64,000 nt of DNA from Cycas panzhihuaensis (lineage: Eukaryota; Plantae; Cycadophyta): positions 88,357,741-88,421,740 of the forward strand of contig CM041465.1 in assembly GCA_023213395.1 (NCBI GenBank). Direction: 5' to 3'. The notes below the pieces were generated by a model, which was not told where the DNA came from, made no database searches, and saw only the letters and a list, made by a program, of their open reading frames with translations. Every line of letters starts with the position of its first letter. Positions within the stretch are counted from its first letter, which is position 1. Positions 25,298 to 38,423 of the stretch are shown here, piece after piece. Position numbers and translations under genes: made by a program.

Positions 25298-26719
25298 TGG
25301 TATCAAAGCCTGAGGAAGCAAGGAACGACGTTAGAACCTAGATTTGAGATTGGAAATGAGTGAGTTTGGCACTAACCAGTCAAATTTGAAGGTTGGAGAT
25401 CCATTGATTGGGTTGACACTAAGAAAAGTGGCCATCCAGAGTTGCCAAAATGCATTGGGCACCTTATATGCTTGTGGCACCAACAGTGGAAGCTATACAA
25501 TGATGTTGGGCATCAATTGAAACTATACAACGACATCGGACTAAGATTGGGATCATAAAAGTAGTGTTGGGCAAGTTTTGAAGACATTGGGCACCGTTTG
25601 ATTGTGTTGGGCTTCAAATTGAAGTTGTACAACAAAGAATAGGCAGTTTTTGATAAATAGATTGGTTGATGCATGAACTGAATGAGTTTGAAGAAGAATC
25701 TACTCATCTGACTTCATTATGAGCAATCTAGGAGGATTTGAAAGCTATGTGCAACCTTGTGACCAAGCATTGCAACAATAAAAAAATTAAGATATATTAA
25801 CTCTAAAAGCCATATAGTTTTCAAATGTTGGAGAAAACACTATAAAAACTGCCATTGTGCATAATTGCATGAAGAATTTGCCATTGTTGAAGAAAAACCG
25901 CCATAGTTTGACATGAATCTCAACGCATTAATATTTGATTAATCAATATTAATCGACAAAGTATTAACACAAATATAATTACGACCATTTCATTATGAAA
26001 TTAATCACGTAGGTTGTGCAGCGCAGATTTCATCGTGAAACTAATCCCACGAGTCAAATGTAACCATCGTTTTTTGGAAATTAATCGCAAAAAATATTGA
26101 TATGATAATATTTGATACATATATATCATTGATATATAGTTTGATCAATAAAGTCACACGTAGGTTGAAAATCTGCCATAGAGACTGTGGCCATCGTACG
26201 CCGGAGAACGGAATGATATATTGAACAATGCTTCTGATATTTCAATATGGTTTGAAGGGCCGATTAATAGAGATTGATCATATTTTTTAAGGACGTGGAT
26301 TAATATTATTCAATTAATATTATTCGTACGATTTTGGAGGTGGTATAATTGAAGAGAATATTCTATTGAATAATCTGAATTTAATATTTGGTTAAAACTT
26401 TAGATAAAGCACTTTACAACATTTATTAAGTGATTATTCCATCTGAATTCAGCCCAACAATATGCGACGTCCGTGTACAAAGTATATTGCTTTCATCAAG
26501 GAGTTTATTGTGTTAAAAAGTGTTTTTAAATACACTATTTCTTCGATTGACATTAGAAGGCATATTATTTGCAGAGAACGCATGAAACATATATCAAAAT
26601 CTCAGTGAAGTGATATACGAAGCTGTGATTTAGGCTTCGTAAAGTGTTAAACAGTGGAAACTAAGACTTATAATCGTGATTGGCAATAAAGTGGAAGTGA
26701 ACTCAAAATATCTATAAAC

Positions 26720-29100
26720 ATGGACACTAGAACAACTTTATTGACACAAGTGATCTTTGACGGCAACAATTTCAAGGAGTGGAAATCCAACACAGAGCTT
26801 GTGTTGATGGTCTAGGAGCTTTGAGATCTAACCTGCGAGGCTCCACCCGAGAAAAAGGAAGGGTAAGTTGATGTTAAATCAGATAAACTCACACGGAGAA
26901 CACAGCTTCATGCCATTGGTCTACTAAAGCTCTCAGTTGCCCCAAATCAGAGAGCATTTGTCCAGAAGTTGGATATGCCACACGACATTTGGAGGACCCT
27001 ATGTAACATGTTTGAACAAAAGAAGACAAACCATTTGGTTGTCTTATTGGGTGAACTGTTCAACTCCTGCATTGAGGATGAGAGCAACATCAACACCTAT
27101 TTGAATAGGTTGACTGATATTAGGAATAAGCTAGAGGGAATAGAAGAAGATTTGATTAGTGATAAAATCCTATTCGCAATTATCATGAACAAGTTACCAA
27201 CAACTTACAACACCTTTCAGACAGTGTATAATGTTGACGAGATGTTGCAAGATACCTCATTTCAGAAGCTAAAGGAGCTACTTCTTGCAAAAGAAGCTAA
27301 GCTTAAACATCACGGGTTTGTGGGTTCTATTGACACTAGTCATGCCCTATCCTCAAAAGTTCAGAAGAATGAGGATGAAGTTTGAGATAAACATTCACAT
27401 GAAAAGGGTACCAATAAAGGGAAGAAGAAGATGGGCCACAGGGAAAAGGACTACTAGGTGAGGAAAAAGAATTTAAGGCAAGCCAATGGAAAGGAGAAGA
27501 TTACAGCTTATTATGTCTGCGTGTTAGCTCACTCAGGCACTCAACAACATATCCCCCCTAGAAAGCAGAGTTTTGATGTGTTAAACCAAAATTTTGGCCA
27601 AACAAACATCATACTTGATAATGTTGATGTGGTACCAATAAAAAAGGTTGAAACAGTCACAGTGAAAGGCGGTTGTCTCGAGAAGGTGCGTTATACACCT
27701 AGAATGAATCACAATCTTCTTTCTACTCAGGATACCTAGATATACTCTTCCAAAGATAAATCAAAAGTGAAACAATTTAAAGCGACAAGTGAAAAGATAT
27801 GTGAAAATTAGATAAAATTGTTAAGGAGTAATAGTGGAAAAGCCTACAACAATTACATTTCTAAGTTATGTTCTAATCATGGTATTGAGTTAATCCCACA
27901 TGATGGAGTTGCCACATGGAAGGTTGATACCTTGGTTGGCATGGAGTTATGTAGGGTGCAAACACAACATATGCCATCCAAGTTCGAGACAGAAGCTGTG
28001 AGAATTGTTGTTCACATTATGAACCAGATTCCAACCTTTGCAGTTCAAAGTGTGATGCCACATGAAAGCTGGACCAATTGAAAGCCTTCCATTTAAAAAA
28101 TCTTCACATGCATCACAAATGCACTAAGCTCTAACAGACAATTGAAGCAATCTAACCATAGTTGCAAAAGTGCTTTGTAGAATACTATGGAAACAGTCAT
28201 ACGTATAGACTATGGAATCTGGTGATGCAGAAGTGTCTTCATTGTCAAGATATAAAGATTGATGAAGCATCAACATACCAGTTTGATAAGCCTCTACTAT
28301 CAGATGTTTGTTAACCCCCCCCCCCCCCACCTTCACGACATCTCCTAATCTTGCAAAGGTCGAGCTCCAAGAGGAAGATAAAGTAAAAGGTAATAAAAAA
28401 CGCTAGTTACTTGTTGAGGAGATGGCAACCTCCACTAAGTCATTGTTGGCCATAACTAAGGATGTAACAGAAAGGCTAAATGAAACTCGAACTACTAGTC
28501 AACTTCAAATGACGAAAATCATTCACTCCCATGTTCCTGATTCATTATGGCAAATGAATCCTTCCTAGAGAGCAATTGTGGAGAAGGATAAAGATTCTTT
28601 ACATAGAAATATACCTTCTACTCAAATTGACCCTGAGATGAAGATTGCACCCGTTGATCACAAATCAGTAAACAGGTCAAATATAGCAGCTACATTTGAT
28701 GGAGAGTTACATCAAAATAATATTCAGTCTACATTTCTTAAACTAGACTTGAGGACATTATATCAAGCACAAACCTCTGAGGCCATTAAAGAAGGACAAA
28801 ATAAACTTTTGTGCCAATTAAATTGCACTAATGGTACATACCATGTGTTCGATTTGGACTTGTCTTCAGTTGATGAAACATTATGACTTGTGGAAGAAGC
28901 TCTTAGTTTGGGGGAAGAGTACCTGCAAGATCAAGTATCGATATTAGAACCAAGATACTAGTTGATTATTCAAGAGGTGTTTGATGAAAGCAAGCTTCAA
29001 GAGGAATCTTCTTCAACCAATAACTGGGTTGCGAATCAATTCACGAAGCTATTGGATAAGCGTCACTAGTCAACACTCAGCAAGATCATCCTTGAGGGGG
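26720..29100 (+). pseudogene. copia gag plus vestigial pol fragments
   Basis: MDTRTTLLTQVIFDGNNFKEWK; gag ORF 26969-27385; protease-like LAHSGTQQHI; integrase-like LRSNSGKAY..TEAVRIVVHIMNQIPT..PHESWT; RT-like ELHQNNIQSTFL; RNase H-like ANQFTKLL. Confidence 0.8.
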
Positions 29101-29177
29101 ATCAGTCTACAAGGACAGATCTCCTGACTAATGGAGCAATTAACTTTGTTTCATCCCCTATTCGCATTAAGGGGGGA

Positions 29178-29604
29178 TGTTAGCGATAGTTAACTTAGGT
29201 TAACTATACACTTAATGCCTCATTAGGGGATAGTTATCATGTGCAGGTGCGACAAAGAGATGCATCCTTATGCGAATAGGTATGATGAAGAGTCGTGACC
29301 ATACGCGAAATAATACGATACCATTTCAGGGTATATTTATATATACCCCCTTGGTATTCCAATCATCAACTCATATCAATGTGATCTCATCAAATTTGCT
29401 CGTGTTCCATCTCACCCTTGAAACACTGTGTGTTGTTTTATTTTAATATATCGAACATTGTGTTGGTGGGTTTTCTCTCTCGGGAGTTTCCCATGATAAA
29501 TCAGGTGTTCAAGTCTCCTTGTGCATGTTCCTAGCGTGTAACAGTTCCTGCCTCTGGTTGGTTTAACACCCGACCTGTAGCCTGCATATACACCAATCTT
29601 AATA
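29178..29604 (+). repeat. 3' LTR (427 bp)
   Basis: Follows PPT; terminal CA mutated to TA; TSD follows. Confidence 0.9.
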
Positions 29605-29715
29605 TAGAAGAAAGAAGATCATGAAGAAGCCACTTGGGAATCTGAAGACTAGTACCAACAACATGCAAACCTTCCCATGCTTCAAGGGCAAAGCATGTTT
29701 TTACTGGGAGGGACT

Positions 29716-30102
29716 TCTTGCATTCCCTTCCTAAGTCTAACCAACTTAATACCTACCTTGTGACTGACTTCAAATTGCAATATTAAGTATCTAGTATGGC
29801 TGACTTCAAAGTGCAGTATAAAGAATTTATTTTAGCCAACTTTAATCACTCATCTTGGCTAACTTCTATATGTAGGTTATGGTTGCCTATATATAGGACT
29901 TTTTTCAGCCTTAGTGGAATCATCAGTTTCAGATTCTAATATGCCATATTTTTGGCCCTAAGGAGTGGATTTTAGGAGGACACCTCACCTCAAAGAGGGT
30001 ACCTTTTACTCTTTATTTACTATAAGTTTTGGAATCCTTGCCAGGATACTCTTCCTTGGTTTTTACTATAGTTGTGGTGTGAATTCCCTAGGAATTCCCA
30101 CA
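29716..30102 (+). repeat. gypsy 3' LTR with an internal deletion plus filler
   Basis: Follows PPT; ~110 bp shorter than the 5' LTR. Confidence 0.85.
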
Positions 30103-33100
30103 GTAAACCTACCAAAGCTGGTGTTCCTTTTCCTTCCCATTATTTTCGCAAGAAGATATATTTCCATTTTCTTCTCCAACTTGAAAGGCTTGCCAAGGTA
30201 CTCTTCCTTGGTTTTCACTAAGCTTGGCATTTCCTCCATCCATGTATGAATCGACTTATCTAAGGGTTTATTCTACCTCAAGTCTTGAGCTATTTCTTCA
30301 ACATTTAACAATTTGCCTGACTAACATGACATCAATTGTCAAGCCCGCTTGAAGAAGCCCAAACTCCCCTAAACTTCCTAGTCATTGGAGTGTCTCTATC
30401 AAACAATTCTACCAAGTTGATCTTTAAGCAGTCTTGCGTATTAATGAGCTATTAAGCCAAAGGATTTCTCGTCTAACAGCTAGAAGACAAACCCACATTG
30501 GCCATGACTAAACAAAGAATTTCTATATTTTTCCTAAAAATGATCTAGATGGCAAGCAAGGCTAAACAAAGAGACGAAGGCTAGTAGAAGGCACTTACTT
30601 TCTTCAAAGTATATTTGCAATTGCATTGGCACGCTAAAGGGGAAATTATTCGCCAAGGTAACACAACAAGAAGCATTCACAATTAGCCATAATAACTTTA
30701 CATGCAATGAGAATGATAATATAGAAACAATGCAATGACTAAGGGAAAAAGAGGTAGTAGTTGAGGGATTAAACTCAAAACTAAATAGGGCCATTAATAC
30801 GCATGCTCAACAACAATGTGAGAATTAATGGTGACACTACTTCCGAAGCCAATTTCATCCCACATCGCATTTCGATGGAAGGATGCCTTAGCCAAATCTT
30901 GGAGCATTTTGCGAAATGTGATATCATTCCATTGTGCATCACACTTCACCTTATGATTTAGTATTCCTACTTTATGAAGGGGCTAGATCATTGCCATGTA
31001 TTTAGTCATCTAACGATCTATGTGAGTATGCAAATTGTGGGCAGTCGATACTGTACTTTTATCGCATATTGCATTTTCGCTCTCTTCCTCCTGCCCCAAA
31101 TCTATCTAGAATTTGTGATATGTGACGTGATATTCTTACTTTTGCCACACATCGTATATCGCATTTTAACGAAAGGATATCTTACCATATTTGATTTGTA
31201 AAATATGATATGTGACTAATCCCAACACATCACACTCGCAAGTTTCTGTATTGAAAACTTCATGCAATTACTTGCCTTTGAGAGCTTCTAACCCTAAAAT
31301 TTCACTAATTTTCTCATTACGTCCTATTCTATTCTTCACTCAAGCTAGTTATAACAAGAAAATTTCTTCCCAACCCTTCTACAACAGCATAAACACTTAA
31401 GATTGCCCTCATTGTCATGATGAAATCTCAGTTTGGTTTATGTTCAGACTGGGAAAATCATCACCAAACAAGAGTCTTTTAGGATAACACTTGACAACAA
31501 ATGTAATCAAGAAGGTTCAAAGTATCCCTTTCATCAAGTCACCTTAAGTCACCTTAGTTCTGCATGTGCAAGTGAAACAGTATAATTTCATGCAAGTGAA
31601 GCAAAAGTCCTCCCTCATCACATATTGCATATCACAATTCCTCCATGTGCATAAAATGACTTCTAACTTGCAATTTGTGAGATGCAATATTTGAGCCACA
31701 TCGCTTTCCTTCAACCTCTTAATAAAAAAATTCCTTTTATCACACTCAACAAATTTGATCAATAACTGACCCAAAAATGGGTCAACAATAGTGAACCTTA
31801 TAAAATGCAAAAATAACTTTTAAGTGACACATGGAGATTGGAACCTGAGTCGCCTGCACGCCCCTTTTGTTTAGTTTTACAAAATAGAGGGCATGTTTTT
31901 GGGCACTAAATTAGTCATAACTTCTTCAAATCCGCTTAGAATCGTGCGAATTTTCACTAAAAAATTCCTTACAATTTTAGCTTCAATGACATTAAGTTTG
32001 CCCATTTTCAAGCTAAATTCCATGCGCTATTGCAAATTACAACTTGACACCTTTTTCCACATAATAAGAGCTTTTTTTTCCTACAAAGTTGTTACTTCCC
32101 TTTATTGAACACAAATAAAGAAGAAAATTTCATGAAGACAAGATCACCAAATAGCAAGTGCCTTGAAATCATTACTCTATGATTTTATGTTATAGTTTCA
32201 ACACAAATTTTCTCTTATTCTACCCATTATTTCCCATGCATAGCAATTCATTAACATAAGACAAAGTGCATGCAGTTATTCACTTCTTGACCATGTAAGA
32301 TTTATAAATTTTACTAATTCATCAACAAAACATAAACAAACTATGCACACTTATTTGTCGCAATAGTTGCTTGAACACAAGAGAGAATGCTCATAAAATA
32401 GTGCACATAAATTCTTTTTCAACATAACCTTGACAAACAAGTTCTTGTTCAATTCCAACAAGATTTTTGCACCAAAACTAAGAAATTTACTCCTCCACTT
32501 GGACACACACACCAAGCTAGATTGAAACAACCCTGATCTACATAGATCATAGAATTGGCCACCACCAATCCTCCCCTAAGCTAGGAAAACCAAGAGATTG
32601 AGTGGTTGTACAAAACATTTCCTCACAACTAACCATAACTTGCTTGATTATAAACAATATTAGGGTTGCAAGTACATAATTAATCTAGCACATGGGCACT
32701 TCAAATGGTCAAGGGTAACCTTTGGAATGGTTCCAACAAGCCAAACGATAAAAAAGAGATAGAAAACAATGGAAATTCCATTATAGAAGTCTACTAAGGG
32801 CAATAAGATGGGACAAGAAGCATAAGTTGCAGAAAATTTAAAAGAAATTGTCATTAGCTGAGACCAAGGACAGGTTCACTAATAGGCCAAAAAATAATGG
32901 GACTTGGACACCCCTAATATCCAATAGTGGACTTAGTACACCGACACTAGAAGCAACCTCAGCAATGAAAAGAGGCCCATCTATTAGACCTCGACGAGGC
33001 ACTAGCAATGCTAAAGGGAAGACCTAACTGGGAAGAGACAAGTTTGGAGAGTGTGAACCACAACAAGGATAAAGTAAAGGAAGGTTCCAAGACACACTGG

Positions 33101-33329
33101 GAAAATTATGTCACCAAGAAATTCTTCAACACGCCACCAAAGCCTTAGCAAAGGTAAATACCAAGGGTTAGAACAACCATATACTTCAGAATACTACATT
33201 GTAACCTATTGTTCAAAGTTAGTCAAAAGCCAAAACCATCAAAAGCCAGCATGCTAATAACTATTGTTAATGCACCAATTGAGAAGTCACCTTGCATAAA
33301 CAAATTGTCCAAGATGGTGAATCCCACAA

Positions 33330-33800
33330 CACCAATAGTTAGCCATCTTATATTTGATGGAATGATTGATGTGGCAGAACACTCATATCTCTTCAAAACA
33401 TGATAGCATTATGAAATATTAAAGATGAAGATGATATCAAGGGTCATTTCTCATGCACACTGTGTGGGATACCGCTCATATGGTATAAGAATTTAAGGGC
33501 TAATATGATTCCATGGCAGGAAGTCACATGGAAATTTCACGAAAAATTTTAGAAACTTCATAGCAATCAGGTTATCATTGAAGTACTACATGACATTAGA
33601 TAGAAGCAAGGAGAATCTATGCTTGATTATGGGAGTCATATGACTATCATTACAAAAAACATAACTAGTGAGGAGAAAGTTACAGACTACTTAATGCAAA
33701 AGCACTTCATCAATGGGTTGTCAGCAAAACTCCATGATTAATTGTGACAACTCCCAATTGAAACATTTACAAAGCAAAAAACATTGCCCTAAAGTTCAAA
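33330..33800 (+). pseudogene. gag: Gypsy-type gag core remnant
   Basis: FDGMIDVAEH...HFSCTLCGIPLIWYKNL...WQEVTWKFHEKF...*KQGESMLDY...KHFINGLS fits a retrotransposon gag capsid. Confidence 0.75.
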
Positions 33801-33922
33801 AAGCAGATGAACAATGATGTTAATGCAGAGTTACTTTAGGTCTTTAGAGTCCTTGGGGTGCTTTTCCCCCTTTAAAATTTTATGTTGTACCTTTGTAACA
33901 CCCCCTTTTTAGGTGGGGTTAA

Positions 33923-34196
33923 TGTTAGCCAATGTTTATTAATGCTAATTAGGTATAATTGATAAGTGTTTGGATATTCTCATTGATTCATTTACTCAAC
34001 AAACCAAATGAACCCAATCAATAATGTAATGTATAAATGTATCTCATTTTAATAAAGAATGGTTGGACTATGGTTGAGGCACATTTTGATAAATTAACGA
34101 TATTCTCTTATCTTTCTTCTTCCTCAATCTCTTTTGTCTCATCGTTTTTTCACTTGCACACTTGAGAGAGAAAAGTACCAATTAGCATATACAACA
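33923..34196 (+). repeat. Possible 3' LTR of a degraded element
   Basis: Purine-rich AGGTGGGG just upstream, TGTT...AACA ends, TATAAAT and AATAAA inside. No partner LTR seen. Confidence 0.35.
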
Positions 34197-37100
34197 CACA
34201 AGAGAATGGAGGATCATTTCGAGATGGAGATGCAGGAGAGAGATCAGGTCATCAACCAAAGCATTCCTTAGGTGCACTATTAATTCCTCTATTCAAAGAA
34301 CACATTAAATAGTCATTTAATGAGAATTCTATCAATATCGGCAACCTTATGCTTCTATGTTGTTCACCATTCACTAATTTGCTTTAAATTAACTCAAATT
34401 TAAAAAAATAATAAAAAAATTATATGTGTGTGTGTGTGTTAAATTCAGTGGTAGAAGTTGCTCTTCATGCACTAGTGCTTCCCTCCATTAATAAACCATA
34501 TTCAATGTCTTCGTCATGTCAATGGTGTTGGTCTAGGCACATTTCTCAGCCTTTAAACGTTGCCCTATGCAATGTGAAAGCCACCATTTACTTACATCAA
34601 AAGCATTGTGAGATTGATATATTAATCAAAACATTTTAAGGCTTGCATTGCACATAATAAGGTGTCATACCTAAACACATTTTATTCAAATCGTTCAACC
34701 TCCTTACCTACCCAATTCATGTCTTTCCAAATGTTGCTCAACATGTGAAGAAGACAATAAGTTTTGAATGGAACTTACATTTGAAAAAGTTGGTCTTTTC
34801 ATCTACTCTATGCTTGCCTCTGATTTTCGATCATCAGTGTCAATTTAATGTGAATTAAGATATGTCACAAAAGAAAGACAAATTAAGGCAACTCTTCATA
34901 CAGAGTGTAATATTGATCAATTCATGCTTTGACGCTACCCATCAAGCCTTCATTTAAATGTTGAACAATGTTGATCTTTGCATTGAACAAGCCAACAATT
35001 AACATACTATCATAACATTCCAAGTTGCCAACTAAAATCATACTAATTCGCCAATCCTCAATTGCAACAACAGTGGCCACTTTCATGCCTATTAAACAAA
35101 AATCTTTGAATATATCTTTCATAGCCAGATTTTGCACTTTTCCTTGTGGTTGTCATTTGATCTAGTCAAACACAAAAGTTGTCAATCAAATGTTTCACTC
35201 AAACATCAATCACTACAGCAAGCGCCCTTCATCTATCCTTTAAAGCACCCCATTGCACATTGATAAATTCTTTTTTTCTTTTTTATAATGACTTATCATG
35301 GAAGCACAAACAATGAAAAAGCATCATAAAAAAAAATTATCGCACTTTGATCGATGACGCACATTTGATATTCACATAACTACCTATTCATAAGTATTTG
35401 CTTGACTTACTTCCATATGGTCTGTTAAGATTTGATTGACTAGTGCTTTTTTCGATTTTAGGCTTATAAGTATTTTAGAGAATCTAATTTGTTTTTATTT
35501 TCGTATCTCATTTCGATGAGTGAGTTAGGTCTAATGGTCAGGGGGTGTGTGTTAGGCCACTAGTTAGTAACAAGTCACAGTTTGAGTCCCCTTGACTTAT
35601 TCTTTACAAAGGCACATACACACCCCACATTTTAATTAAATTTTCTTTTATACATGTTTCATTTTTTTGCACGCTTATACTCAACTCTTTTTAATGTCAT
35701 TTTATTTAAACTAAGGCTTAATATTGCCCCATTTTCAATCAAATCTTGACGAATGTTGCATGAAATTGAATTCAGAATTGAAATTTCTTTAAAGTGGAAT
35801 GACAGTTACTAGAATATGTTATATAATGAATATCAAAGATTTATTTTAACATGTAAAAGCAACCTTTGATGACTTCAATTTATACTTCATAATCGACATT
35901 TCTTATTGATTTTGATGCATAGAAACCTGATGCATATAGATTATTTTTTTATGTGTTTATTCAATCAACATTTGTCTTCTTGCTTTCACAATTTGAGAAG
36001 GGAAATTTGAAGTAGAATCCATGTTTCATTAGAGGCATTTTAATATGTTTAATGCTTTAAAATCATGCACTCACCTAGTCGTCGTCGTGCAAGATCAATG
36101 GTAGGTATCCTCTATCTTTTCATATAGGCAATTAGGGGTTTTAGTGTCATTACTGTGTATGTAGAATAGGAGGATTTTAGTCATATACATTTTGTATTCT
36201 TTCAAAATAAAAGTAAACTAGGAGGGAAGGGGATTTTTTGCTTTCGCATTTAATTGATTTTGATTATTAATTGATCTAGAAAACCAAAGATGGTTTCATT
36301 TAGGCGCATTTCATATAGGCAAACTAACTTATGCAGGTGTTATCGTGTGCTCTACTAAAATATTGTGAACACACACACACACATATGCATGCACAGAAAA
36401 CAACAAAAATTTTCATTTTTGTTTTACAAACACGCACTCGACAAACTCATGATTTGGCAGGTCCTCAGTGATGCCTACCACTTCCGTTCACTACATCATT
36501 CCTTTGACGTGGTGGGTAACGACTTTTTCCATTGTGGGAAATTAAAACGAGGCGTTGTCAAAGTATTTTCACTTCTTCGACCTATCGTCATCTCTGGGAT
36601 CCCCAAGTACATCCTAGGTGTTTGTCAAGTTGAAATCATACCCCATTGCTCTTACCAAGATGCTATGAGACTAAGACCCTCCACATAAATAGGACTCCAA
36701 GTGTGCCAAACCCTTAGCTAGCTAAGGCTAGTTTCCTAATAGTGGTGTGACCATACTGGTGCATTTTATCTATTAAAACCTATCTATAAAAACTTGGGCT
36801 ATAAAGTGGTTTCGGTGGTTGCGTGGGTATCAAAGAGTAAACAGGATGACTCTATGCTCACCCTCCAAGAGTGTGTCGCAACGTTGTGGCTCATTGGGTG
36901 GCCTCCTCTAGAGAGACCATAGAAGGCTTTATCTTGCCACTACTCATACCATTCAGAATTGCTCTATGCTTCCATAATTTACCTCAGACTTGACCATCAA
37001 GGTTGGAAATGATCATGCTAGTAGAGTTGAAGCTATAGTACCTGTGAAGACCACCCAATAATCCTTGGCTAGCATAGTGGATAGGTAGCCTTAACAACCT

Positions 37101-37379
37101 TAAGTTGGCCTTTCTCGTCTTCCTGTAGAAAAAAATCAGCATGATAGCCCAATGTCAATATTTCCTCTATAGTGGACTAAGCCCTCACTAGCTAGTTTAA
37201 TTTTTATTTATTTTTCAAATACATATTTGCCCCTTTGATTCTTTAAATCCCAAGGTTGCTCATTTCACAATTTTTCCTAGGTGGCACACACTTCATGGTT
37301 GCTCAATTGAGTACGAATTTCCAATCATTTTTTGACTCATTCAACATCAACTCAAATGTGAACTTAGTTTCACACACTG

Positions 37380-37990
37380 CATATGGGTGAGTTTAGGTGG
37401 AAACAAAGGGTAGCATTTTTCGCATCAACAAGTGAGGAGACATCTTCAACACAAGATAGTATGCTATAGCTATTATGAGATGAAATTAAAAAACTCAGGG
37501 TAAAGAAAGCTTGCCATGCCATTGAAAAAACAAAAGAAAGCCTTGAGGTGGAGGCACTACAATGGGAAATTGCCAAGTTGAAAATTGACTTGTCTCAAGT
37601 TTTAGAAGAAGCTAATGGAATACCACAACAAGACTAGATCAAAAAATGCTCGAGGGCAAGAGAGAAAATGAGAGTACAAGATAGAAGAAAAATGGTGTCA
37701 TATTTGTGATGCCACAAATACATAATGCCCACAAATGTTATTATAATGCCTAAGAGAATAATACTTAAAGCAGAGGCAAGGACAAAGATGGTAGGACTCA
37801 TTTAACATATTCAACCAAGGTGGCACTAGATCCACCTAAGAAGAAGATGTTGATAGGATGATATATGTTCCATCTTGAATTTGGGCATTGGAGGTCATAG
37901 TGCCCTATGAGAGAAAACAGTACCCACGTCTACGAAATGTGTAGACCCAAGAATCAAGCTTCAAAGAAATGTCCTCTGATATTGAAGTTG
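37380..37990 (+). pseudogene. gag: Gag C-terminal remnant with up to three zinc knuckles
   Basis: Coiled-coil segment, then WCHICD..HNAHKC, EFGHWRS*CP and YEMCRPKNQASKKCP. Confidence 0.55.
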
Positions 37991-38037
37991 AAGAGAAATA
38001 AATTCTTACCCATTTGTATTTTAATATATGTAATATA

Positions 38038-38423
38038 TGATGTATTTTATTTTATATTGAGTTAACTCAAAGTTAGGTTAGTCATAATTAAGTTAGTTGA
38101 GAAACGGTTAGTTAAATCTGTCAAGTTAACAAGTCAATTAGTTAAGTAGTTTAAGGTTGTTCAATCACCCTCTTCTAGATTGAGAGGGGCATTTCCATTG
38201 TAAAGGTGTGAGTGAATGTATGATTGTTCCAATACACTTGAAGATAATAGAAGAGTACTTTCAACTGAATCTCTCGTCAACAATCCCTCTTGAACATTAA
38301 CTTGGGTGCTCTATTGTGTTTTAGCAAACCAAGTTTCCCCAATTGCTTACACATAATTCTTCCAAGCACTCGGAGGAGGGTAACATTCTCCTTTGTGCAC
38401 AAATCAATGTCTACAACACATCG
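38038..38423 (+). repeat. 5' LTR of the CRM-like element
   Basis: TGATG start, CATC(G) end, followed by AT and TGGTATCAAAGC. No partner LTR in the window. Confidence 0.7.

Larger units (their letters stand above)
24877..29604 (+). mobile_element. Shrunken non-autonomous copia element (4.7 kb)
   Basis: LTRs 24877-25297 / 29178-29604, perfect TSD TAGAA, PBS TGGTATCAAAGCC at 25298-25310, PPT AAGGGGGGA at 29169-29177. Confidence 0.93.
20370..29700 (+). pseudogene. gypsy gag-pol, decayed; chromodomain split by 24877-29609
   Basis: Gag knuckle CFDCNGKWSRDHRC; protease VLVNSGDTHNFI; RT KNRYQIPKIDDLL..FSKIDL and VFFDDLLIY; RNase H ECDAS..YDKEMLAI; integrase WEEISMSFIIGLPKS; chromodomain IREYLIK* / EEATWES. 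Confidence 0.92.
19826..30102 (+). mobile_element. Ty3/gypsy chromovirus (Reina-like), full length, old
   Basis: LTRs at ~19826-20325 and ~29716-30102 (5' boundaries uncertain by ~3 bp; TSD not convincing), PBS TGGTATCAAAGCC at 20328-20340, PPT GGGAGGGA at 29706-29713. Domain order gag-PR-RT-RH-INT-chromodomain. Confidence 0.9.

Noticed and set aside
19821-30107. GTTTA/GTAAA as TSD of the chromovirus
   Set aside because: Two mismatches in five and uncertain LTR starts; not accepted as evidence.
30103-30830. Short protein-like frames (minus 30105-30310, plus 30590-30828)
   Set aside because: May be accessory-ORF debris, but too short and motif-free to call.
34200-36450. AT-rich stretch as a possible host gene, intron or promoter
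   Set aside because: No supportable exon, ORF or terminal repeats; only short (TG)n and (AC)n runs. Left unannotated.
36824-36836. TGGGTATCAAAG as a possible PBS
   Set aside because: Imperfect match, not preceded by a CA LTR end, and no LTR-like segment upstream.
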